Translations under genes and position numbers: made by a program
Shown: positions 1 to 9,699 of the stretch, one piece after another
Position numbering within the stretch: position 1 is the stretch's first letter
Layout: each line of letters begins with the position of its first letter
The notes under the pieces: model-generated
Databases searched by the model: none
Told to the model about the DNA's origin: nothing
The model's input: only the letters and a program-made list of their open reading frames with translations
IMG/VR virus record: IMGVR_UViG_3300021167_000382
Coordinates: 146,130 to 210,129 of that record
Reading direction: 5' to 3' (one strand)
Origin: a virus
Lineage: Duplodnaviria > Caudoviricetes
DNA: 64,000 nt

Positions 1-97
1 AGGCATCTGCATGCCTTCATCCTCCATTCCTGTTATGAGAACGTTGGTGCGAAGAATCTGAGGTTTAAAAAAAGAAGCAAGGTGTCTATAGAACGCC

Positions 98-1534
98 TTA
101 ACGTGATTTAAGATCATTATCGATTTCTCCCTTAACACCGGCATAGTCAATATCCGGAATGTGTTTGAATGCTTCGACTGCAATAGAGAGTCGAACTGTA
201 GTACGGTAAGCTTGTGTATTGTACTTACCCACACGAGTGGTCATGCCATGGACAAAAAGAATCGTCCCATTGACACTGATGGCTTTTCCTTGACTCAGGT
301 AGGTGTATCGACACGGCATACCTGGATAGATCAATTCTTCATCTGCGTTTTCCCACACGAGATCAAGCTGACCAAGAGAATTTTGAAGAACCTTACTCTT
401 CTGTATATAAGGGTTACTGCTAGGACCACCTTGAACTACAGGCGCATAGTCTAAGCCATCCTTACGGTTCTTCACGACGAGTTCATGATTCAGCTGAGCG
501 CGACTGCCTACTGGACCATCTTTCGACATCAGGACTGGTTTCTTCATGAATGAACGGGCATCCGGCATTCTGAAACCATTCCCACCATTCATCATACCAA
601 GCTCTGCAGAGTCAGTATACTTTCGCTGAGCAGTCACTGCCACTTTAAGGATATCACCGTCAAGGGTGTATGAGCGATCCAGCTGAGGAAGTTTCTCCTG
701 AGGCACCGCATAGAACACTACCCGAGGTTCTTTCCCGTCAAATCTTTCCGTGTCGTAAGTCGGATAAACAAAGAGTGTTCGTTTCCCTCTGTAATTCTGA
801 AAGAAGGTACCGATGCCTCGATTATAGATCCCTAGTTCATTTTGAAGAAAAGTGGGAAGATTAACAACACGTGTCCCCGTTGGTACGGTGATATGAGGTA
901 TAGTGGTAGCGTTGTCTGGATCAACGATATTAATCGCATCGATACACGGCTTTCCATCCACCAGAACTTGATTCGCTTCATGACCGATGATTGCATTGAG
1001 GAAAGTAGCGAGCGTTTGATTCTTATAAACACCATCTGTGGTCTTGATACGGAAAGGTTCTAAACTTCGATGACAGAGTTCAATCTGTACTTCCACTAAG
1101 TCGATGGTGTTGAGATCTTGAATGTGATACATCTCGATATCACTCGCACCGACTGGTGGATTGTTCTTCGGGTTAAAGATTGCCTTGTACCGCGTGATAG
1201 CGATCTCTTTATTTGGCTTACGTCTTGAACCAGATTCATTGATCGGTGTACGTTTCAGAGTGAACTCTAAGTTATCCCGGAATGGGTGTAGTCGGTTGAC
1301 GTAGTCACCCATGGGCATTTTGAAAGTGATGACACGAGTATCGCCGATGTTTGTTAAGTAATCTCGTTCGGTTAGAATGGGGTTGATGTCCCAAATTCCC
1401 ATGTCTTCTTTTTCAGTGTGAAGAATACCTTTATAGTCAAAAAGACTTGTTCCGGTACTCTTACCGATGATATTCTTAACCTCAAGCCAAACCGTAGAGC
1501 TATCGTAGGTTGGTTTCTTACTCTTGTTTGCCAT
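98..1534 (-). CDS. Hypothetical protein, probable phiKZ-like virion structural protein
   Basis: 478-aa ORF with GGAGG RBS; overlaps the upstream ORF in an operon; function inferred from context only. Confidence 0.45.
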   Translation of the reverse strand: MANKSKKPTYDSSTVWLEVKNIIGKSTGTSLFDYKGILHTEKEDMGIWDINPILTERDYLTNIGDTRVITFKMPMGDYVNRLHPFRDNLEFTLKRTPINESGSRRKPNKEIAITRYKAIFNPKNNPPVGASDIEMYHIQDLNTIDLVEVQIELCHRSLEPFRIKTTDGVYKNQTLATFLNAIIGHEANQVLVDGKPCIDAINIVDPDNATTIPHITVPTGTRVVNLPTFLQNELGIYNRGIGTFFQNYRGKRTLFVYPTYDTERFDGKEPRVVFYAVPQEKLPQLDRSYTLDGDILKVAVTAQRKYTDSAELGMMNGGNGFRMPDARSFMKKPVLMSKDGPVGSRAQLNHELVVKNRKDGLDYAPVVQGGPSSNPYIQKSKVLQNSLGQLDLVWENADEELIYPGMPCRYTYLSQGKAISVNGTILFVHGMTTRVGKYNTQAYRTTVRLSIAVEAFKHIPDIDYAGVKGEIDNDLKSR

Positions 1535-2195
1535 GGATACCTCCTAAGGTACCAGCGCGTTCCATCTGCTCAATAAAGAGCTTGCTAAGATCTTCGCGTT
1601 CTCTAACAGGTGCTTGACGATGGTCAGTGACTGTTTTCTTAGCCACCTGCTCACCTGACGCTGTAACGCTAACCGTTTCAATTTTCGAATAACCCTTGTT
1701 GAGGATATTGAAGAAGTTGATAGTCTGTATACCAGCAAAGGCATGGCTATGAACTGCCGCACGCTCTTGCTCAGTAAAGATAGACTTCGCTTTGTCATAG
1801 ACGATACTAGCAAACTTATCCAGGTCCACCAAGTCTTCTAGAAGTTCTTTATTACTTCCATTGATAGTGAACCGAATGAACTCACCTGTCTTAACGAGGT
1901 GACGTTGAATGATCTCGTAGATCTCGGCACAGTCTTGATAGTTAGCAACTTTAACCGTGACACCCTTCCGCCACATCTCAAACATAGCGTCAATCGAGAG
2001 CTCGCTGTCGATCTCATAGCTTTCAATCGTGGCATCGATGGAAGGCACGCCTGAAACCCGTACGCCATAGCGTCGAAGATTTTCCGGGCTACGGGATTGG
2101 AAGTGACGATACCGGACCGCATAGTAGCGTTCAAAGAGGTCTCGGTGATCGTAGTGGAGTTTTTGATTCATCTCAATAGTATCCAGCAACCGCAT
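1518..2195 (-). CDS. Hypothetical jumbo phage protein
   Basis: 225-aa ORF overlapping both neighbours. Confidence 0.6.
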   Translation of the reverse strand: MRLLDTIEMNQKLHYDHRDLFERYYAVRYRHFQSRSPENLRRYGVRVSGVPSIDATIESYEIDSELSIDAMFEMWRKGVTVKVANYQDCAEIYEIIQRHLVKTGEFIRFTINGSNKELLEDLVDLDKFASIVYDKAKSIFTEQERAAVHSHAFAGIQTINFFNILNKGYSKIETVSVTASGEQVAKKTVTDHRQAPVREREDLSKLFIEQMERAGTLGGIHGKQE

Positions 2196-3534
2196 CCTTC
2201 AACAGCACAAGAAGAATCGGAGTGTAGTAGAACTTCTCAACACGACCCCAGGACTTCCAGCTATTGACCAGCATGGCTAGATGACCAAGATGCGGTGTTT
2301 CAGCCTTCAAGTAACTGGTAGTCAGAATTTCCAAAAGGGACATACTCCCTGCATCTTGCCCATAGAAGCTTTCAGACAAGACATAGAACCCATTCTTGTT
2401 AGCTTCGTAGATCAGAGGAATGGTTTTCCCAGCATATTCAATCGAAGGGATTGGATCAGCCAGAGGTACACCAATGAACGGTCCAATCATTCCAGCCAGA
2501 TTAGCGCTAGCAGATAGTCGATTATAGACCAGATTAGCGGCATCGAGATCAGGATAAACATACTGATCCACATTCCAACAATTCGTGGTGGTTAAGAAAC
2601 TATTCTGAGCGAAGAACGAACGAAAGACCTTGGATACTTTCGGCAATGCGACCGAGAGCATATCGATATTACGCTGAAGAATCACCGTCCAAATAGACGA
2701 CAATGTCAAATAAGGATCACGGTCATGTGAGACACGGTGGATGTAAGTGGCTTCAGGCGCAATTTCAGGATCAACAATGGCGTGTACAAAACCAGCAGCA
2801 CGGCTATCGTACAAGTAGTCGTCATCAGGAACGATCAAGAGACGGTCAAGATGTGAAGTAAACAACGTCAAATAAGTCTTGGTTAAGGTAGCGTATTTCC
2901 CACGAAGTTCATTGACATCGCCATGTTCTTCTGTGGTGAGTAATGAAACTTGACCCGCCTGGAGACGTTCTTTGTGGAAATGAAACTCCTTTACTACGCG
3001 GTGTTCAAGTGCCTCATAGCGCGGTTTAGCAGTGTCACTGTCCACATAGCCGATCAGGATATAGTCAATCTCATAAACACTGCCGTTGTTATAGGTCTTA
3101 CGTGTTGAAGTTGTGACCATGAAGAGACCAAGTCCACGAACACCGACATCTGTCACAAAGTAGTCGTAGGCATTCGGAATCATACCGATAGCGACTGCAG
3201 AGCCCTTGACATCGTTACGGCCCGTTGTTTCATCATAGGACTGCGATAGTTCTGACTGAACACGAAGCTCGATGTTGTTCAGTTTCCGATACTGTTGTAG
3301 GGCTGCGGATTGCCCGAGGTCAATTTCACGAATATCGTCATGACGATCACCAAGCTGACTGTAGTAAGTGACCGTCCAAGGCATACCTTCCATGTAGAGG
3401 ACAAGTGATTCTGGCGGGTTAATGGCCGAATCAGCCGCTGCAGTCTTGTAAATATTCTTCTCTTTCAGCATCTCTCCGACAGGCAAAGGAGATTTGTCTA
3501 CAACAACTTCAGGTTTCTTTTTAGCGATAGGCAC
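2173..3534 (-). CDS. Hypothetical protein, probable virion structural protein
   Basis: 453-aa ORF, GTG start with AGGAG RBS; function inferred from context. Confidence 0.5.
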   Translation of the reverse strand: MPIAKKKPEVVVDKSPLPVGEMLKEKNIYKTAAADSAINPPESLVLYMEGMPWTVTYYSQLGDRHDDIREIDLGQSAALQQYRKLNNIELRVQSELSQSYDETTGRNDVKGSAVAIGMIPNAYDYFVTDVGVRGLGLFMVTTSTRKTYNNGSVYEIDYILIGYVDSDTAKPRYEALEHRVVKEFHFHKERLQAGQVSLLTTEEHGDVNELRGKYATLTKTYLTLFTSHLDRLLIVPDDDYLYDSRAAGFVHAIVDPEIAPEATYIHRVSHDRDPYLTLSSIWTVILQRNIDMLSVALPKVSKVFRSFFAQNSFLTTTNCWNVDQYVYPDLDAANLVYNRLSASANLAGMIGPFIGVPLADPIPSIEYAGKTIPLIYEANKNGFYVLSESFYGQDAGSMSLLEILTTSYLKAETPHLGHLAMLVNSWKSWGRVEKFYYTPILLVLLKDAVAGYY

Positions 3535-3589
3535 AGCGATCTCCTAAATTAAATTCATTACCAAGGGATTTCAAGGCTAAATCAAAAAA

Positions 3590-3615
3590 GAAGAGGAGGG
3601 AGATCCCTCCTCTTC
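3590..3615 (-). terminator. Intrinsic terminator
   Basis: gaagaggaggga-ga-tccctcctcttc hairpin with an adjacent A-run on + (U-tract on -), directly after the 3616..4230 stop. Confidence 0.75.
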
Positions 3616-4230
3616 TCACCATTTATGGTAAATAGACACTTTATCCAGGATCAACTCTTTAACTACTTTCTTGACCTTGACAATCCCTTTCTCAGGGTAG
3701 ACCATCAAATGCGGCACGGCAGCAGCGTACTTCATCTTAATGTCATTAAAATTAGGCCGAGAGGGAAGTGCCAGATAAGCCTCGAGTGTTTTTCCTTGAT
3801 TCTTCAAAATAGCTTTCTTTAAAGCGCTAGGTTGATTACCAAGATAACCCAACTTAATAAGTTCTTTCTTCTCAAATGCGCGCCACTGATCACCCGTTAG
3901 ATCATCTAACTTAGGATCGTAGAAATGAACCATCATCTCTACAGATTCGGCGACTTTATACCAAGCCGGCAGAATGTCATCTACTTCAACTTCATGTCTA
4001 TAGACATGCGTACCTGGTTTCCAGAACGGGTGGTTACCTTTAAACACCGCCGCTACAGCGTTAAGCGGTAACGGTTCCATGAAGAAAGATATGTGACGAT
4101 AGTAAGGAAGATAGTCCAAGTCCATCTTCTTTCCGTTGTCAATTTCTACTTCTTCAGCGGTGACTTCGCCTCGTTCAAGACGAGTTGCGAGGTTTTCATA
4201 CTTACTTGCTGCATAGTGATAGAGTTTCAT
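3616..4230 (-). CDS. Hypothetical protein with C-terminal IYxKW motif
   Basis: 204-aa ORF ending SIYHKW. Confidence 0.7.
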   Translation of the reverse strand: MKLYHYAASKYENLATRLERGEVTAEEVEIDNGKKMDLDYLPYYRHISFFMEPLPLNAVAAVFKGNHPFWKPGTHVYRHEVEVDDILPAWYKVAESVEMMVHFYDPKLDDLTGDQWRAFEKKELIKLGYLGNQPSALKKAILKNQGKTLEAYLALPSRPNFNDIKMKYAAAVPHLMVYPEKGIVKVKKVVKELILDKVSIYHKW

Positions 4231-4606
4231 TCAGAGCTCCTTTATTCACTTTATCTCGACTCTGTTACAAAAGAAAAAAGAAAGGTTGACCAGAGTGCCG
4301 GGGTTTCCCCTCAGCACTCTAGCTAGACGATTCGCCGTCAGTCGTCAGACCGCCTCATCGAGGCATTGGTATTCGCGGTGATTACGATCAACTGTAATCA
4401 CCGGCTCTATCTCTTCACAGATCAAAGACTTGCTGCACAGTCTACTGTGAATACTTCGAGAAGGAACCAGGCTCTTGAACCCTGTATTAGTATGCAGACT
4501 TTAGTATGGTACTTGGAGACTACTAGGTACTTCAGGTGATGCTATACTACTTGGGTTTTATATCCGTTACACGCCACGGGATCGGGCGACCGGTCTTTGC
4601 CGATTG

Positions 4607-4960
4607 TCAGGTCAACGAAGTACCCCGTTCCTTCAAGAATCGAAGGATCGCTACACCGGTGTATTTATCACCGGAAGTAGTTTGAAAGTAGATAGCATTG
4701 AAATGCATCTCTTTACTTTCAAAGGCTTTACGAAACTCAGCTACTGTCTCGTAATCGTAGAATGCAATGTCCCATTCAGAACCATAGCTCCGAATAGTAA
4801 ATTGCATCCCAGGCGATTCCAGGCACCAGGTCCCCTTGATAGGAGTCTTGCGCCAAGAATTACCAAACCGCTTGACAAGATCGTCAACGGCGCCGCCTTG
4901 ACCGATGCCACCGATTAATTCCGGTTTGACATCAGGTAAAACAAAATCTACTAACTCCAT
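4607..4960 (-). CDS. Hypothetical protein
   Basis: 117-aa ORF with strong AAGGAGG RBS, flanked by long non-coding stretches. Confidence 0.7.
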   Translation of the reverse strand: MELVDFVLPDVKPELIGGIGQGGAVDDLVKRFGNSWRKTPIKGTWCLESPGMQFTIRSYGSEWDIAFYDYETVAEFRKAFESKEMHFNAIYFQTTSGDKYTGVAILRFLKERGTSLT

Positions 4961-5110
4961 ACGACCTCCTTAAAGGAAAGAGCGAGAGTGCCCAAAGTAT
5001 GAATAGGGTATATACCAACCCGTGGTGGTTTCCGATGGCGCTAGTCGGATTGCTATTTACGAAGAGGCGAGTCTTCAACCTAGACTATAGAGTCACCTAG
5101 GAAACTTACT

Positions 5111-5208
5111 ACATGTAGGAAGTTCAGCGGATGTAAAGCTGGCCTTTTCACGATGCTCCCTCGGGATAACATCTATGAAACGGTGCCTCATCATAACTTC
5201 CTACATGT
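5111..5208 (-). ncRNA. Putative structured RNA with box C/D-type kink-turn
   Basis: 13-bp terminal stem (5111-5123 with 5196-5208) enclosing AUGAUGA (5194-5188) and CUGA (5127-5124); begins right at the promoter motif. Confidence 0.45.
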
Positions 5209-5227
5209 TAAATATACATGAGTGAAA
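5209..5227 (-). promoter_or_regulatory. Conserved phage promoter motif (minus-strand consensus approx. TTTCACTCATGTATATYTA)
   Basis: Same motif recurs upstream of minus-strand units near 11914, 16891, 20454, 27279, 32178, 38454, 41679, 43718, 47561, 54545 and 57716. Confidence 0.7.
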
Positions 5228-5320
5228 TACTTTAAGTACAGGAAAGAAAAAATGAGATCAGGGGAGAAATCCCCTGATCTCACCATTTGTGATAGATGGA
5301 TGCTAGATTTGAAATCTGAA

Positions 5321-6013
5321 CTATGTAGCACCGGCGTTAGTTTTCGATTTCTGAATATCGTGAAGTTGTTTCTTAAAATCATCAATATACTTCATGACAT
5401 CGGATAATTTCCAATACCGAACACCATTCTCGCTCTTACAATGTATAACCTTGTTCATTCGAAGAATGACCTTACCTAGTATCTCGAAATCATCAGTGAA
5501 AATCCCAGAATCAACGAGGCAGTTATGAAGACCCTTAATGTCAACTACAGCATCTTCCTCTAATTGAAAAGGAGGTGGTATTGGTTGCGCATTTTCTATT
5601 TTGATAGCGTCAATGGAAATCAACCTTATCTCGACCAGTCGAATGGCGTCGTTGTCACCTTTCTCCATCGCAGCAGTGCTCCGAGGACGAAACGCGATTA
5701 AGTTATTTTGAAACAAGTTATAGAGGCTATTCCCTGCAGGGCCAGCGACTGGTTTTATCGTTGCCATAACAAGACCCGTGGTTTCTTCGATGTAGACATC
5801 GGTAACCTTGTGAGTGATATCTTCCCCATTAAGAATGAGTACATCATCCTTCGAAAGATTCTCATAAGTATCTACCACCGTACCGTAGAGCCGACCTTTA
5901 CATTCATCGATAGCCTTGACCATCGCTGCACGCGTGTAAATTCGTTTATTTGAGTCAGGTGTTCCTACTCGGCAAATTTCAACTTTGAATTCTGTTTGTT
6001 CTGAAGCGGTCAT
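5321..6013 (-). CDS. Prohead protease-like protein (T4 gp21-like N-terminal region, divergent)
   Basis: Pattern NKRIYT..M.KAI...LYG...ITHKVT..VMATIKPV.GP.G...FRPRS resembles gp21-type proteases. Confidence 0.4.
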   Translation of the reverse strand: MTASEQTEFKVEICRVGTPDSNKRIYTRAAMVKAIDECKGRLYGTVVDTYENLSKDDVLILNGEDITHKVTDVYIEETTGLVMATIKPVAGPAGNSLYNLFQNNLIAFRPRSTAAMEKGDNDAIRLVEIRLISIDAIKIENAQPIPPPFQLEEDAVVDIKGLHNCLVDSGIFTDDFEILGKVILRMNKVIHCKSENGVRYWKLSDVMKYIDDFKKQLHDIQKSKTNAGAT

Positions 6014-6029
6014 TGTTGACTCCTAATAC

Positions 6030-7610
6030 TTAAAAACGTTTAAAACCAATATAGCCTGTTGGATTTGATTTAGGAACGAGTGGATCGAGCATTACATCCT
6101 TACGCTCCTTACACCAGTCTCGGAACATCTCGATCTTGTTCTGATGGTATTCCACATGCTTCGGTATTGAACTACAGTACAAGTAATAGAACCGAATATC
6201 TCGTCCAGCGATTTCCCGCAACCGTCCAAGTACCTGAAGATTACTCTTGATACTATTCAGATTGATGGTCTGGATTGAAACGGTTAATCCACCGATATCA
6301 TGCGCAGTACCGCCACTCAACACAGTGGTTACTCGGATATCGCTATCCATCAAGTTCTCGATGGGATCACTTTCCAAATAAGTCCTTGTGTCAAGATCAG
6401 GCAAGGCTTTCCGAAGTACCTTGCAGACCTCTCGAGCCATCGCATGCGATGAAACAAACACCGCACACTTATCACCAGCCTGCATTGTCTTAACAAACGA
6501 CCCCTTCACCATACGAACGATCATATCGACATACTGACTTTTCATGACATGGCTTGAGAGTATACTCTTCTCAAAAGCGATATGGGAGTAGTTATTCGAT
6601 CCGTACTCCTGTGTTCTGATTCTGGAGTTTGCAAAGTCTTGAATCTGATATTGACACGAGTACACCGTGATGTAGCGCTTCATCTTAATCTTCTCGAAGC
6701 GTTTGTGTCTCGGATACATCATGCGCTGGATGCGAAGTTCAGTTTCGTCTTCGGAGGTTAACGTGGCAGATAGAGAGATGGTCTTTGGAATATGAAGGAA
6801 ACAGAACATGCGATAAACTGCATGAAGATGCTGGTGACTCTCATCGAAGATGTTTGTTCCGATGCGCGCCTTCTCCATCAACTCCCAAGGTTTCATCCCA
6901 TACATGTCGTAGGTTGGGTTAAATGGGTCTTCAATATAGCCCTTATACCACTTACTAATGGTATTAATCGAGATAATTGTAACCTTTGGTAATTTTTCAG
7001 GTGTCTCTTGATTCTCCAACACTAGCTGACAATAGTCAACTAGACTGTTCTTCCCTTCAATACGATAGATGTCTTTTTGATTGATTTCATAAGCACCAAG
7101 AACATCTTTATTCCATTTTTCAACATACCCAGCTAACACACTAATTGCTAATCGTTTTCCTATTCGTGAAGCAGTGGTTAGTGCGCATATGGTCTTTCCG
7201 CTACCCATTGGCATGGATAAAAGGGGTGCATGTGAGCCTTCTGAAGACATGTCTATGATGAATTCAGCGGCCTCTTCCTGTTCAGCACGAAGTACGAATT
7301 TTGGCTGGATTGGATATGATTCTTCACATGGCTCATAAAGTGGCATGTGGTAGACATCCAGATAAATACCAGCAGCCTGACACGACTGAAGCATTCGGTT
7401 AAGTTGGCCGATATGGAAACGGAATTCATCATTCAGTTTAGTATAGAAGCCAAAAGTCTTCACTGGCTTCCAAACACGTTTCCTTCGTTGTTCATCAAAG
7501 ACCATGCCGAACACAGTGTAATCTGCAGCCAGCGTGTACAGAATCTTTCTAAGTTCTATTTCTGGGTTCTGTACTGTAAAGAAATGTGAGTAGACAATAA
7601 CATGATTCAC
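6030..7610 (-). CDS. SF2 helicase (phiKZ gp75-like)
   Basis: Walker A MPMGSGKT, DESH box, SAT motif III, QVLGRLR motif VI; follows the beta'-C gene. Confidence 0.9.
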   Translation of the reverse strand: MNHVIVYSHFFTVQNPEIELRKILYTLAADYTVFGMVFDEQRRKRVWKPVKTFGFYTKLNDEFRFHIGQLNRMLQSCQAAGIYLDVYHMPLYEPCEESYPIQPKFVLRAEQEEAAEFIIDMSSEGSHAPLLSMPMGSGKTICALTTASRIGKRLAISVLAGYVEKWNKDVLGAYEINQKDIYRIEGKNSLVDYCQLVLENQETPEKLPKVTIISINTISKWYKGYIEDPFNPTYDMYGMKPWELMEKARIGTNIFDESHQHLHAVYRMFCFLHIPKTISLSATLTSEDETELRIQRMMYPRHKRFEKIKMKRYITVYSCQYQIQDFANSRIRTQEYGSNNYSHIAFEKSILSSHVMKSQYVDMIVRMVKGSFVKTMQAGDKCAVFVSSHAMAREVCKVLRKALPDLDTRTYLESDPIENLMDSDIRVTTVLSGGTAHDIGGLTVSIQTINLNSIKSNLQVLGRLREIAGRDIRFYYLYCSSIPKHVEYHQNKIEMFRDWCKERKDVMLDPLVPKSNPTGYIGFKRF

Positions 7611-7660
7611 TTTGCATCCCTCAATAAAAAAGAGAGCGTGGGTGAACCACGCTCTCTTAC

Positions 7661-9697
7661 CTAGCGATATTTTGCTTCAACTACTTCCTGCGGACACAGG
7701 AATACATCCATCGGGTTGTCCGGCCGAGTACCTTGGTAGAAGTACGTCGGCTCGAAGATCGCGGACTCATGTGCTTGGAATGCCATCGCGGGACCCAAAC
7801 TACGGTGAATCGTCAGTGTATCGCCAATACCAAGAACAGGGGTACTCGACCCACGTGACAGGGCATAGCTATTATCCGACTCCGTCATGAGGCTATAGAT
7901 CAGAATTTCCATCGGGAGAATGTTGATACGAAGCTTCTGATTAACCACATCGAACAATTCCTGCAGCAGCACCCGATAGGCATTCGCTTGAATTCGTTTC
8001 TTGTGATCCTTCTGACTGGACTGAATCATGCGCTTCACTTCATCCGCAAGATCCACAAAACTTTCCTCTTTACCTTGCAGCTCAAGGATCGGTTTGTTAT
8101 AAGTCCAGTCTGTCATGTCGAACATGAAGTTGTTATCTTCATCGACACTCCAGCCTCGTTTCGCCAAGTACCCTAGTAACTCATGTGTGAGCATGGGTTT
8201 GTTTTGCTTGACGCGAACATCTAGCGGAATCTCTTCCCGCATCTCGGCGCCATTGATCGTCTTCACGATCGTGAGGCGAATAGTGGAGATTTGACTGATC
8301 CGAGGGAGGGAGAGTTGCATGTAGCTATTATCCCCATTCTCGGTATCGATCTCCAATAGCCCAGGCGCTTCGTCGCTAAGAATAGACATGAACAACTTCG
8401 TGCCACGTTCAGGCTTGTTCAGGTAAAACCCTTCTCCCTTCGTACCTGTGTTCATGTAGCGTTGCTCAAACTCACCGATTAGAATCCGAAGAATAACCGA
8501 TGACATGTTCACGTGTTTGATAGAAAGTATGTTCTGTGTAAAGTCTTTCGACAGTGTCACAGAACCCAAGTGACCGACGTTAGCGAAGCGAGAGATATTT
8601 TGCGAGAGTTTACCAGCGCAGATATGACAGACTGAATGCGCATCGGGATGCTTACAGTCTAGCGATGTACGGAACCAGATGGTCTTTCCGACCAAGTGGT
8701 CTTCATTCCCTTCAATGATTCGATAGTCATCATCCTTATTTTGTTTGTAGTACTTACCGACCAGCATCGGCAAATCGCTCGGGTAGATCTCAGTCCCAGA
8801 CGAGTCGTAGCGCTTACCTTGAACTTTCCAAGGCATCAGGTCCGTTGACCCGCAGTCTTCATACACGATTCGTTCTAACACCACCGCATTCAACTGGAAC
8901 TTACGGGCACGGTACTCGGAATCCTTCAATGCCGAGTCACTGTAGAAGTGAGACTTCGCAGCAGTACGGCTGTCCGTTACCAAGTCATAGAACTTATTCA
9001 GTCCGTCAACATAGTTACCCCAGACCGCATGTTTGAAGATGGTGCCATCGACTTCAGTTGGGAACCCTCGGAAAGCTACACACTGCATGACTTGATTGAT
9101 CTTGACCATCTTACTGCGAACCGCTTTAGCTAGTCCATTATCGTCAAAGACCGGATTGGTCTCGATTTCTTTCAGGATAGCTTCATAGGCGTAGAGAATC
9201 TTTTCAGGATTCTCCATTGCCTCTTTCTTCAATTCAACGGTTCGTGGATGGTGCGCGATCTGAACAAAGTCCAAGATATCGATCGAGATGACACAGTCTT
9301 CTGTTTCGATAGCCAAGAAACCCATGACATCCGAGATCGTCTTATAGATCAATTCAAGCAGAGGTTCTTTGGCTTCAGGTAGCAGCATGTCGTAGGCTTC
9401 AACGACCGACTTCAAGATTTCTGTCCCAAGCTTCAAGTGCGTGTTAGTGGTAAGATCCTCCTTTCCGCACTTGAGTGTCTTATTGACATGGTGTTTCGGT
9501 TGAATAACCGTATTAGGATACTGACGAAAGATCTCCCAGAACCAGTGGCTGTATTTGGTTTCGGCCTTAGTACAATTCGGAAGGGATTCGGTATTATCGA
9601 ACACCACCGTGTGAAAGATCTCACCAGGGATCAGAAAGTCAAGTTGAGTAGGCGATAGCGCCAGAAGATCGCGTGCACGGAATATAGGTTGTTGCAT
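7661..9697 (-). CDS. Non-virion RNA polymerase beta' C-terminal subunit (phiKZ gp74-like)
   Basis: EDCGS...RTSLDC...VCHICAG zinc site, GHLGSVTLSKDFTQNILSIKH trigger-loop region; synteny. Confidence 0.85.
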   Translation of the reverse strand: MQQPIFRARDLLALSPTQLDFLIPGEIFHTVVFDNTESLPNCTKAETKYSHWFWEIFRQYPNTVIQPKHHVNKTLKCGKEDLTTNTHLKLGTEILKSVVEAYDMLLPEAKEPLLELIYKTISDVMGFLAIETEDCVISIDILDFVQIAHHPRTVELKKEAMENPEKILYAYEAILKEIETNPVFDDNGLAKAVRSKMVKINQVMQCVAFRGFPTEVDGTIFKHAVWGNYVDGLNKFYDLVTDSRTAAKSHFYSDSALKDSEYRARKFQLNAVVLERIVYEDCGSTDLMPWKVQGKRYDSSGTEIYPSDLPMLVGKYYKQNKDDDYRIIEGNEDHLVGKTIWFRTSLDCKHPDAHSVCHICAGKLSQNISRFANVGHLGSVTLSKDFTQNILSIKHVNMSSVILRILIGEFEQRYMNTGTKGEGFYLNKPERGTKLFMSILSDEAPGLLEIDTENGDNSYMQLSLPRISQISTIRLTIVKTINGAEMREEIPLDVRVKQNKPMLTHELLGYLAKRGWSVDEDNNFMFDMTDWTYNKPILELQGKEESFVDLADEVKRMIQSSQKDHKKRIQANAYRVLLQELFDVVNQKLRINILPMEILIYSLMTESDNSYALSRGSSTPVLGIGDTLTIHRSLGPAMAFQAHESAIFEPTYFYQGTRPDNPMDVFLCPQEVVEAKYR

Positions 9698-9699
9698 GA

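Noticed and set aside
5111-5208. Hammerhead ribozyme
   Set aside because: Has UGAUGA and GAAA but lacks the CUGANGA core with correctly placed stems; the K-turn reading fits better.
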